A stretch of 48,226 bases of DNA, taken from the NCBI GenBank assembly GCA_963803145.1, contig CAWDLW010000044.1, positions 1 to 48,226 on the forward strand, read 5' to 3'. Shown one piece after another: positions 19,175 through 27,733 of this stretch. Position numbers and translations under genes: made by a program. Every line of letters starts with the position of its first letter. The first letter of the stretch is position 1. This DNA comes from Methanotrichaceae archaeon. Its GTDB lineage: Archaea; Halobacteriota; Methanosarcinia; Methanotrichales; Methanotrichaceae. The notes below the pieces were generated by a model that was given only the letters and a program-made list of their open reading frames with translations, ran no database searches and was not told the origin of the DNA.

Positions 19175-19408
19175 GGACTTAGAGAGGCCATTGGATGTAG
19201 AATGCTTCTATTGTATATTAGGATATGATAGGAGATATAAGGACCCTATACTTTAGACAGCTATATCTTTTAAATCTAGAGCAATGAAACTATATAATGA
19301 ACAATATATTTAATTGATATTTATTTATCGATTAGCTGATATAGTCTTTCACTCATATTTTGAAACCAATATTTGTCCTTTAAGCTCAATTGAGACGTTT
19401 ATTAACTA

Positions 19409-19876
19409 GTGAACTCCTCTCACGGCCTGAAGGCCGGAGCTTCCCGCTCGTACTTCCTGATCGTGGATCATCGCCCTCTGGCTTCTCGACCGTTTTGCGG
19501 GAATTTTCGGTTTCCGCTTCATCGGGATCAACTTGATCTCTTCTTACGAAGGGGTACAGAGGTTGTTCGCTCGACGGACAGACTTTCGGGGTGTTCCCTC
19601 CCTACTTTGTAGAGTTGTCTTGCAACTCCAAAATCTCCCCTGGGGAGAAGTGATCGATCATCCAAGTAGCACTTGAAGCCTGCATGGAATCATGTCTTAG
19701 GATATTGAAGAAATCGATGAAATTTATAGATAATCCAAGCGCTGCGAAAGTAATCAGGGCAAAGGACTCCGCTCTCATCCTGTTACGACTACGTCGTAAC
19801 TCCCATTAACTCCCCGAGTTAATGAGACCACCATGAAGGATGGTGACTTCCCGCTTCGTCCTTCGCAATCCTACAC
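19409..19876 (-). mobile_element. non-autonomous IS200/IS605-family derivative (PATE/MITE-like) retaining a TnpB tail and omega-RNA-like right end
   Basis: Minus strand ends GAAGCTCCGGCCTTCAGGCCGTGAGAGGAGTTCAC (IS605-type RE hairpin, TCAC terminus); TnpB-tail-like VGREHPESLSVER remnant; other end has the related GCGGGAAGTCACCATCCTTCATGGTGG hairpin; no tnpA/tnpB ORF. Confidence 0.75.
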
Positions 19877-19973
19877 GTTAAACGCTAATAGCATTCATTG
19901 AATAAGCTTTGACTACTGGTTTTGCCCATTTAGATACCGTATGTTTAGTCCGTAAGATAATACCTTAACCGCG

Positions 19974-20019
19974 ATCCGATAGATTTATATGGTCATATGG
20001 ATCTTAACAAAATTGCTGA
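19974..20019 (+). promoter_or_regulatory. promoter of regulator 2 (BRE/TATA plus conserved downstream element)
   Basis: ATCCGATAGATTTATATGG...ATTGCTGA, paralogous to 18801-18846. Confidence 0.65.
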
Positions 20020-20093
20020 TTTAAGGAAAAAATGCTCGAATATAGCTAATAGAGCTGATAAAAGGAACTTGGAGATCTATAAGGAGACAAAAA

Positions 20094-20384
20094 ATGAAAC
20101 GAAGCAAGGATGTAATCATCTCCCAGATACTCGATATATGTGCCATAGGCGCAAGTAAAACAAAGATAGTATATCAGGCTAACCTTAACTTCAGGACTGT
20201 GAACCCTTATATAGAGCTACTTTCTAAAAATGGGCTGATAGAGGCTGCCCATGGGCAGACCGTGTATTATAAAACAACGCCCAAAGGAATTAAAATATTG
20301 AAAGAATTTAAACATATTCAGAACGAACTGCCAGAGCTATACAATAGTGCTCCTGCTCCAGCAGACGAGGGTCAGCAAGCGTAA
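20094..20384 (+). CDS. small winged-helix transcriptional regulator (COG3432-like), paralog of 18926..19174
   Basis: Shares ISQILDIC, GASKT, IVYQANLNFRTVNPYI with the upstream copy. Confidence 0.88.
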   Translation: MKRSKDVIISQILDICAIGASKTKIVYQANLNFRTVNPYIELLSKNGLIEAAHGQTVYYKTTPKGIKILKEFKHIQNELPELYNSAPAPADEGQQA

Positions 20385-20508
20385 TATTGCCTAGCTATAT
20401 GCACATCGTCTATCCCTCGCCAGAAGTTTTTTGATTTTCAGCTATTCCATAAAGCACCTAATATCAGCTAAACATAAAATAGATTATATTTTCAGCCTGG
20501 ATAACACT

Positions 20509-21756
20509 TTACCAAGATATCTTCTTCCGGTAATGGTTCCTGACGAGAATTGAGAGCATATTTGTCCCCAGCACCAAAATTAAAAGCACTAGGGCCGTTC
20601 CCCAGGCCCTCGACTCAACATCCCAGGCACCCAGGAAGTAAATAAGATTGAGAAGATGATAATCGAGGTTGTTCACAGGCTGCAAGACATTTGGCACAAT
20701 GCCATAGATCATCTGTACTGGCGTTGCAGTGAAGGTGACTGCAGTCCACATTATAGGCGCGGTCTCTCCTGATGCCTTGGCTACGCCCATAATTATGCCT
20801 GTCAGAACTCCTGGCATGGCAGATGGCAGAACAACCTTCCTTATTGTCTGCCACTTGGTCGCGCCTAATGCAAAGCTGCCCTCCCGAAGGGAGTTCGGAA
20901 CACTCTTCAGCGCCTCTTGGCTCGTCAGGATTATAGTTGGAATGTTTATTAGTCCCAGGATTATAGAGCCTGATAGCAGAGATACTCCAAAGAATGTAAC
21001 CAAAAATGCGAGGCCGAATAGGCCGAAAACAACTGATGGCACGCCATTTAGGCAACTAACTGCAATAGTTATCAAGCGATTAAATGCTACATTTTTGGAG
21101 TATTCGTTCAGATATATCGCAGCTCCTATGCCGAGAGGTGCTGATACGACCATCGCCCCAAGAACCATCCATATCGTGCCGACTATAGCAGTACTGATAC
21201 CCCCGGCCTGTCCAAGATTCCTATGGGGCTGGGTCAGAAAACCCCAGCTTATTATCCCTGCGCCTTTATAGATTATGATAAATAGAATTCCGCCCAATAT
21301 CAACAGAGCGATGATTGCAGACAGCCTGATTGCCAGGAATGCCAGTTCCTCTCTGGCCTTTTGGCTATAGCCATATAGAATATTGATAGAATCCTTAAGG
21401 CTCAGTATACTTGCGATCAATACCAGTGCAGGAAGAATGAAGCTATATCCGAAGGACGCTCCTATTCCCAAGGGCCTGTCAATAACATAATCTGAACGGA
21501 GTATTCCCGTGAATACCAAGAGGATTATAGCTATGATAAATGCCAAATCAACTCCGATTGCAGCAAGATTACCTGGAGAATTGTTTCTTCTGGAGAAGAC
21601 AGAAGCTAAGATAATAAGAATCGAAACTAAAAGGGCTATTTGCCATATCGACGCAATAGCTGTCAGATCAGGCTGAAGAAGAAGGCATACTACAGATGAT
21701 ATGAACATGAACGCAGATGTCGCCATCGATACTGCAAGAATATGCTTAACATCCAT
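20509..21756 (-). CDS. pstA: phosphate ABC transporter permease PstA with extra N-terminal TM domain
   Basis: AAIYLNEY, GVPSVVFGLFG, LREGSFALGATKWQT, GETAP motifs. Confidence 0.92.
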   Translation of the reverse strand: MDVKHILAVSMATSAFMFISSVVCLLLQPDLTAIASIWQIALLVSILIILASVFSRRNNSPGNLAAIGVDLAFIIAIILLVFTGILRSDYVIDRPLGIGASFGYSFILPALVLIASILSLKDSINILYGYSQKAREELAFLAIRLSAIIALLILGGILFIIIYKGAGIISWGFLTQPHRNLGQAGGISTAIVGTIWMVLGAMVVSAPLGIGAAIYLNEYSKNVAFNRLITIAVSCLNGVPSVVFGLFGLAFLVTFFGVSLLSGSIILGLINIPTIILTSQEALKSVPNSLREGSFALGATKWQTIRKVVLPSAMPGVLTGIIMGVAKASGETAPIMWTAVTFTATPVQMIYGIVPNVLQPVNNLDYHLLNLIYFLGAWDVESRAWGTALVLLILVLGTNMLSILVRNHYRKKISW

Positions 21757-21758
21757 CG

Positions 21759-22661
21759 TTAGTATCCTCCAAACCGTCTTCTTATCCTAGCCCTGATTAG
21801 ATCTGCCGCAATACTCAAGATCGAGACAATCAGGAGGAGGATAAATCCTACTGCGAAAAGGACATGGTAATGTGTAGACCCTCTAGCAACCTCGCCCATC
21901 TCGCCTGCTATTACTGAGGTAAATGTTGCGCCCTGGTCAAAGATATTGAAGATAGGCGACGGAATCCTTGAGACATTTCCGACAACGAGAAGTACTGCCA
22001 TCGTCTCGCCGATTATGCTCCCTATGTTTAGCAGCACCGCTGCGGTTATGCCTGAAGATGCCGCAGGTATAGTCACATGCCTTATCGTCTGCCACCTGTT
22101 AGCGCCCAAAGCTAATGAGCCTTCCTTGAACTCCTTTGGAACCGCCCGAAGAGCATCCTCACATATGGTCGTAATATATGGGATGAACATTATTCCGAGA
22201 AGGATCGAACCTGCGAGTATTGATCTGCCAGTTAGCATATTGAAGCTATTCTGCAGGTAGGATACCAGTATTATCACACCTAAAAATCCATAGACGATCG
22301 AGGGAACTCCTGCCAGAAGCTCTATAGATGGCTTAAGTATGGTCCTAGCAGTAGGATTTGCGAGCTCAGCCAGATATATGGCTAAAGGTATACCTATAGC
22401 TATATTGATGATTAGCGCTAATATAGTTACAAGCAGCGAATCAGCAATAAGCGGCATCATGCCGTATATATCGCCAGCTGCATGCCATTTCTGACCGAAA
22501 ATGAGCTGGATGACGCCTACATCGATAAAGGCAGGAAAGCTCTCATGTATAAGAAAGTAGAATATCAGAAGCATCACGATGATTGAAGCAGTGGCACAAA
22601 GGGACAGAGCTACCTCAACAAACCGCTCGCTATATTTTCGCCGTAATCGCATACTCTGCAT
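21759..22661 (-). CDS. pstC: phosphate ABC transporter permease PstC
   Basis: ELLAGVPSIVYG, EGSLALGA, GETMAV motifs. Confidence 0.93.
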   Translation of the reverse strand: MQSMRLRRKYSERFVEVALSLCATASIIVMLLIFYFLIHESFPAFIDVGVIQLIFGQKWHAAGDIYGMMPLIADSLLVTILALIINIAIGIPLAIYLAELANPTARTILKPSIELLAGVPSIVYGFLGVIILVSYLQNSFNMLTGRSILAGSILLGIMFIPYITTICEDALRAVPKEFKEGSLALGANRWQTIRHVTIPAASSGITAAVLLNIGSIIGETMAVLLVVGNVSRIPSPIFNIFDQGATFTSVIAGEMGEVARGSTHYHVLFAVGFILLLIVSILSIAADLIRARIRRRFGGY

Positions 22662-22772
22662 GCTGATATGTGCACATGCAATTCTTAGTTAAAGCCCTTA
22701 TCTATATTATCTATATAGAGGGGTTACTAAATACGAGTCTATATAGGAGTTGCTTAACGAATCTGAAAAGAT

Positions 22773-23900
22773 TCAAGCTTGCGTTCTGCTTAGGATCTCT
22801 GCAGGCTCATAGCGCATTTTGATGACACGGCTTCGCCCGCGTGTGCCCGATCCGCTGAAATCAGTATCTATGAGCCGAATAGCGTCCAGCTTATTGAGTA
22901 TCTCATGAAACCTCGTGTAGCCTGCGCCCGTCTCTGCATGGAATTTGCGATAAAGGTCGCCTGCACGGCTGGCATCGTTCTCAGCCGCAAGTCTGAGCAC
23001 CTTCAGCTCATCCTCCTTGAGAGATTTCAGAGCGTAAGTGAGATGCACGAGCCTAGAACGCTCATAGGAGCGATCTACATCATCAGAAGAGATAACTTTG
23101 GATGCACGCCTCTCTGCAGACATGCCTGATCTCTTGAGAAGATCAATTCCAACCCTAAGATCTCCAGATAGCTCTGTATAGTCCACTATACTTTCAAGAA
23201 CCTCATCAGGCAGCACTCCTGGGTAAAAACCGAGCTGCGCCCTCTTGCCCAAAATATCCTTCAGTTCGGCTTTTGTATAAAGGGGGAATGTAATTTCCTC
23301 TGCCTGAAAGACAGATGCGACCCTGGGATCGAGGACATAACGCATCGCAGGCTCGCTTAGCGCAGCTATCACGCCCATCTTAGCACCGGGGCAGGTTTCA
23401 TGCGCCCTGAGCAGAGAGTAAAGAATATGATCAATTTCCTTCTCATGGAAAAGATAGTTCACATCATCCAGTGCAACAACCAATACCACACCGTTATTCG
23501 CGGAGTATTCGGCCACCTTTTCAAAGATACGCTTGAAGGATATTCCGCTCGAAGGAGGAGCATGCCCTACTATTTTCCTGTAAAGCTGGTAAAAAACCGC
23601 GTACCTAGTTGAATCGATCTGGCAGTTGACGTAGACGGGAACTACCTTAGAGGAGTGCGCTTCGATCTCCTCAAAAAGCTTGAATAATGCTGTTGTCTTT
23701 CCGGTTCCGGGAGGACCAAGGCATAGAGCATTTACAGATCTTGCACCATGTAATGCAGGACTTATACAGAACTTGAGGCTGTTCATCTGCGACTCACGGT
23801 GGGCAAAGTGCTCAGGCAGATGATCGAGCTCAAAGAGATCCCTGTTTTTAAATAGGGTCTCCTCCCATAGGAGCATATCAGGCTTCATCCCGGGGTTCAC
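22773..23900 (-). CDS. cdc6: ORC1/Cdc6-type replication protein
   Basis: HRESQ, GPPGTGKT Walker A, LDD Walker B, GDLRVGIDLL, C-terminal wHTH ending GTRGRSR. Confidence 0.93.
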   Translation of the reverse strand: MNPGMKPDMLLWEETLFKNRDLFELDHLPEHFAHRESQMNSLKFCISPALHGARSVNALCLGPPGTGKTTALFKLFEEIEAHSSKVVPVYVNCQIDSTRYAVFYQLYRKIVGHAPPSSGISFKRIFEKVAEYSANNGVVLVVALDDVNYLFHEKEIDHILYSLLRAHETCPGAKMGVIAALSEPAMRYVLDPRVASVFQAEEITFPLYTKAELKDILGKRAQLGFYPGVLPDEVLESIVDYTELSGDLRVGIDLLKRSGMSAERRASKVISSDDVDRSYERSRLVHLTYALKSLKEDELKVLRLAAENDASRAGDLYRKFHAETGAGYTRFHEILNKLDAIRLIDTDFSGSGTRGRSRVIKMRYEPAEILSRTQA

Positions 23901-25801
23901 TCATTCTGTATATTTTGTATCTCCTTCTTCAATATGGCGCTCACCAGTGCCCCATCAGCCTTACCCCGCAGCTCCTTCATGACCAGGCCCATAAGAGGAC
24001 CTATCGATCTATCTCCCTTAGATCTGATGAGATCTGCCTTGCTTGCCACTATATCATGTATAACCGATTCCACTCCGACAGAATCCATTCCAATTATGCC
24101 TGCTTTGCCAGCAGCCTCCGCAGCACCGGTGTCAGGGTGCTCTGCAAGATATCTGAGCAGCTCAGTGAGGCCTTCCTTTGCTATCTTACTCTCGTATACA
24201 AGAGCGATAGATTCTGTATAATGCCGATCTGTTAGGTTAGAAACAGGAACACCATCTCTGACTAATTCAATAGGTATAGTTTCCAGTGCCCTGATGAGGA
24301 TCGATGGAGAAACCTGGTAATTCTTCAATATATCCTCGAAGAGCTGGTAGTTAGGTGAGGAGGCAATGACCTTAGATAATTCTGAGTTGAGGCCATATTG
24401 GCGCTCGAAACGTTCCGCTCTCTCTACAAACAGCTCAGGCAGAACCAGCGTATCCAGCATCTCTTTGGTTATTACGACAGAAGGAACATCAGTCTCAGGA
24501 TACATCCTGGCAGATCCCGGCAGCGGTCTCATGTACTCCGACGCGCCATCGGGCAAAGCACGCCTGGTCTCCTCAGGAACGCCCTTCAAGGCCTCAGAAG
24601 CGCGCGTGATTACTGCCTGCAGCGCCTTCTCAGCCCTGTCCTTAGGTCCTGTGACCATGACAACGCAGTCATCACTTCCCGCACCTAGGATCTCGCGTAC
24701 CTTTGCCACATCATCCTCGGTTATGCCGTACGCTGGAAGCTCATCAGTGTGGAATATGCCGCCAACGCCAGCTCTTTTGGCGCGATCTGACAATTCAGTC
24801 CCGAATCGTCGGTCGGGCTGGACCTCTTTGCCGACAATACCATCAAATCCTTTAAGCAAACAGGCCATCACAACTCCGCCGCTCTTCAGGGATCTTAGGA
24901 TAACTTTAGAGCTTGATGATGAAAAAAGCTGGCTTACATCCACGTGGCTCAAGTCAGCGCTTGCCCCGCGATTCTCAAGCTCTTTTTTTATCTCCAGCAG
25001 CCGAACTTGTCTAAGTACCTCAAGCTCGACGATCTTATCTATGAGATTCAGCTCCTGTACACCTTTGACCTCAACGCGAGCTCCGCCTTTTATGGATACG
25101 TTCACATCCTGCCTGATCGTCCCAAGGCCGCGCTTTACTCGCCCAGTAGATCGCAAAATCATCCCCAGATGCTGAGCCACCTCACGAGCATGGGCAGGGG
25201 AAATTATGTCTGGAGCTGTGCCAATTTCAACCAGCGGTATGCCCAGCCGGTCCAGAGAGTAGATAAGCTCGTCTCCGCGATCATCGATTATGCGTGCAGC
25301 CTCCTCTTCAAGACAGAGGATGCCTATGCCGACCCGTCCCTGCGATGTCTCAATATAGCCGTTAGAGCCTACGTATGCAGTGCGCTGAAAGCCAGATGTG
25401 TTGGAGCCATCTATCACAGTCTTTCTCATAGTGTGGAGTTCATCCACAATCTTCATTCTCAAGAGCTTGGCTATCACCAGCGAGATCTCAAGAGCTTCTG
25501 GATTAATTTCGCTTGGCGGCTCCTCATCCGCTTCCACTAGACAGGTCGTATCGTACGTTTTATAAAGGAACCGTCGTGAGACAAGTACCTCTTCAAGTGC
25601 TGCTCTATCAATCTCGCCGAGTTCGCTTCTTGCAGGTCTCAAGTATCTAAAAAACTCGAAGTTGGAATCGGCAGATTCTCTAATCCTTGTAGGGCAGCCG
25701 CAGAAAAGTTTTGTTGCAGTATCAAGCTGCTGGTGGATTTCTATCCCACAGATCAGCCCCAATGAGCTGTAATCGAGCTTTTCAGACATATCGTTTGGCA
25801 T
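23897..25801 (-). CDS. gatE: Glu-tRNA(Gln) amidotransferase subunit E
   Basis: GIEIHQQL, DGSNTSGFQRT, LDRLGIPLVEI, RGLGTIRQDVN, FHTDELP, RMYPETD. Confidence 0.96.
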   Translation of the reverse strand: MPNDMSEKLDYSSLGLICGIEIHQQLDTATKLFCGCPTRIRESADSNFEFFRYLRPARSELGEIDRAALEEVLVSRRFLYKTYDTTCLVEADEEPPSEINPEALEISLVIAKLLRMKIVDELHTMRKTVIDGSNTSGFQRTAYVGSNGYIETSQGRVGIGILCLEEEAARIIDDRGDELIYSLDRLGIPLVEIGTAPDIISPAHAREVAQHLGMILRSTGRVKRGLGTIRQDVNVSIKGGARVEVKGVQELNLIDKIVELEVLRQVRLLEIKKELENRGASADLSHVDVSQLFSSSSSKVILRSLKSGGVVMACLLKGFDGIVGKEVQPDRRFGTELSDRAKRAGVGGIFHTDELPAYGITEDDVAKVREILGAGSDDCVVMVTGPKDRAEKALQAVITRASEALKGVPEETRRALPDGASEYMRPLPGSARMYPETDVPSVVITKEMLDTLVLPELFVERAERFERQYGLNSELSKVIASSPNYQLFEDILKNYQVSPSILIRALETIPIELVRDGVPVSNLTDRHYTESIALVYESKIAKEGLTELLRYLAEHPDTGAAEAAGKAGIIGMDSVGVESVIHDIVASKADLIRSKGDRSIGPLMGLVMKELRGKADGALVSAILKKEIQNIQNE

Positions 25802-25804
25802 CGA

Positions 25805-26035
25805 TCACCTATCAGGGAGTATGGGTGGTTTAACTCTTTTGACTGCCTCCCTAATATCTTCAGCCTTGACGGTTTTTCTTTTCGCATGGCTCGCCCAGCC
25901 CACAGCCTCACGAGCCACCTCAAGGCCATAGCTTTCAAGAACCTCTGCCAGCGCATCCCTTGCGCCTTCGCTGACCCTCTTAGCTCCTGCCTCACGGATG
26001 AGCCTGCTCACAGGGGCGACGGGAAGTATCGGCAT
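25805..26035 (-). CDS. archaeal histone (HMf family) with short C-terminal tail
   Basis: LPVAPVSRLIREAGAKRVS...HAKRKTVKAEDI histone fold; GAGGTGA SD before ATG 26035. Confidence 0.93.
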   Translation of the reverse strand: MPILPVAPVSRLIREAGAKRVSEGARDALAEVLESYGLEVAREAVGWASHAKRKTVKAEDIREAVKRVKPPILPDR

Positions 26036-26348
26036 TCTAAGATCACCTCTTCTAATCCTGATTCGTAGCTGCAAAAGCCAAAAAATTAGGCCTTCGTGGT
26101 CTACAAACATAAATATGCACTATTATGCTCCTAAAACTCCATATATATATCTTTCGTAGCGTAAAAGTTCATAATATTACCATGGAAGCCTTATTGATGC
26201 TTCGATTAAGCTCGCGTTCCTGCAAAGTCCTTTTATTCCGACCTTTTTTGAATCCAACATGGTACCAGGGGATAAATACAATTTTTGCCAATAGGATAGA
26301 AGGGCTGATTGAAGAACTGAAGAGTAAGGATTATTAGGCCGTAAGACT

Positions 26349-26708
26349 ATGACAGCCAAGAAGGAGCCAAGAATGAGCGAGCATGTACATAAAGCAATTA
26401 TACATAAAGATTTTGAGGATGTCTATGGCCCTTGCGGATGCGGTATGGACATGGCGATATTGCCTGTCCTTCTGCCGAGAGTATGGCTCATAGAAGAGAA
26501 ACCTGCTGATGTTGAGGATCATGGATTTTGCATCGGTTTTGATTACAGGCGTGTCTCAGGGTTCGCTTGCAACAATGTATTTGAGCACGAGATGAACGGA
26601 ACTGAGTACCTCGCTAACTTCTCCTGTTGCCGTGAATGCGCTGAGCGGGCTGTCAAATGCGGATATGCAGTGTGGGCAGATAAAGAATATCCTATAACAT
26701 TGAGGTAG
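26349..26708 (+). CDS. hypothetical Cys/His-rich protein
   Basis: 119-aa ORF with GPCGCG and SCCREC motifs; co-oriented with downstream redoxin. Confidence 0.65.
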   Translation: MTAKKEPRMSEHVHKAIIHKDFEDVYGPCGCGMDMAILPVLLPRVWLIEEKPADVEDHGFCIGFDYRRVSGFACNNVFEHEMNGTEYLANFSCCRECAERAVKCGYAVWADKEYPITLR

Positions 26709-26754
26709 TCTGAGCCTAATGTTTTAAGGGTAATTGAATGTGGGAGGTTTAGCT

Positions 26755-27009
26755 TTGAATTATACAGTCTATTCAACCAAAGCATGTCCCAAATGCGAGC
26801 AATTAAAGAAGGCGCTCGCAAACTCAGATATACACTTCGAGACCATAGATATGGCTACCCCTGAGGCTCTAACGGAGCTTCGGATCAATGGAGTCTTCAC
26901 GCTCTCTGCGCCCGTTCTCCAGGTGGGCGATTCATTTTACACAACTGATGATCTCTTCGATGGGGAGAAGATAAAGAACCTCAGATCTATGGAAATTATC
27001 AAGGGCTAG
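26755..27009 (+). CDS. glutaredoxin/NrdH-like redoxin
   Basis: VYSTKACPKC active site, SAPVLQVG cis-Pro motif; GGAGG SD before TTG. Confidence 0.85.
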   Translation: MNYTVYSTKACPKCEQLKKALANSDIHFETIDMATPEALTELRINGVFTLSAPVLQVGDSFYTTDDLFDGEKIKNLRSMEIIKG

Positions 27010-27017
27010 AATTTAGG

Positions 27018-27674
27018 TTAAAATTCCCTGCCCCTGACACGGTTAATATCAAAGACCGCCGTTTTGGCGATATGCATCACAGCAAAGGTACCTGCTTGGA
27101 TTGGGTCAGTTACTACTAAATCCGCCTGCTGCGGCACTGAACCTGCCATCTTCAGAGCGATGACGGGTATCCCCACCTCCTGAAGCTTCTTCACCTCTTC
27201 TGTAATGCGGCCCCCCATGAGTGCACCTGCGAGCACAAGTATAGAGGCACGGTGCAGCCTGCCAACAGCGCTCACTGCATCTGCAATTGCTTCCTCGCCT
27301 ACAAGGGGAATTGTATCAATGCTAATGCGCTCGCCTCTGAGGTTATGTCTATCCGCTTCATTTACTGCGCCTACAGCAACCTGGGCCACTTGGGCACCAC
27401 CGCCGATTATTATCACTCTTGAGCCATAGATCCTTTCAAAGGGCTGATGGATGGTGACCTCAAAAACGGACTGCATAGATTGAAGATCTTTAACTATCCC
27501 ATCAGAAGGTCCATCGAGCTCTATATACATCGATGCTCGGCCCTTATTGATGCCGCGCTCAAGGATAAATGACTGAACATAGGTGATATTGCCGCCCCTA
27601 TTTGCTACAACTCCGGCTACATCGCGCAGCATTCCAGGCTTATCTGCACAGATAACGTTTATGGCAGCGTTCAT
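27018..27674 (-). CDS. ACT-domain methanogen conserved protein (DUF5612-like)
   Basis: DKPGML ACT motif; GGGAQVAQVA.GA.NEADRHN.RGERIS.DT conserved block. Confidence 0.85.
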   Translation of the reverse strand: MNAAINVICADKPGMLRDVAGVVANRGGNITYVQSFILERGINKGRASMYIELDGPSDGIVKDLQSMQSVFEVTIHQPFERIYGSRVIIIGGGAQVAQVAVGAVNEADRHNLRGERISIDTIPLVGEEAIADAVSAVGRLHRASILVLAGALMGGRITEEVKKLQEVGIPVIALKMAGSVPQQADLVVTDPIQAGTFAVMHIAKTAVFDINRVRGREF

Positions 27675-27733
27675 ATGCGAGACTGGTATAGCATTGGTAA
27701 ACTTTAATATGGCGAGTGAATAACTCACTCGCG

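Noticed and set aside
19409-19612. 67-aa + strand ORF
   Set aside because: It starts exactly at the IS end and runs antisense through structured element sequence, with no SD or protein-like features.
24366-25540. Long + strand ORFs (269 aa, 198 aa) opposite gatE, and similar shadow ORFs elsewhere
   Set aside because: They are antisense shadows of well-supported conserved genes and show no recognisable motifs.
22662-26348. Replication origin next to cdc6
   Set aside because: cdc6 overlaps gatE upstream, and I saw no ORB-like repeats with G-strings in the nearby gaps.
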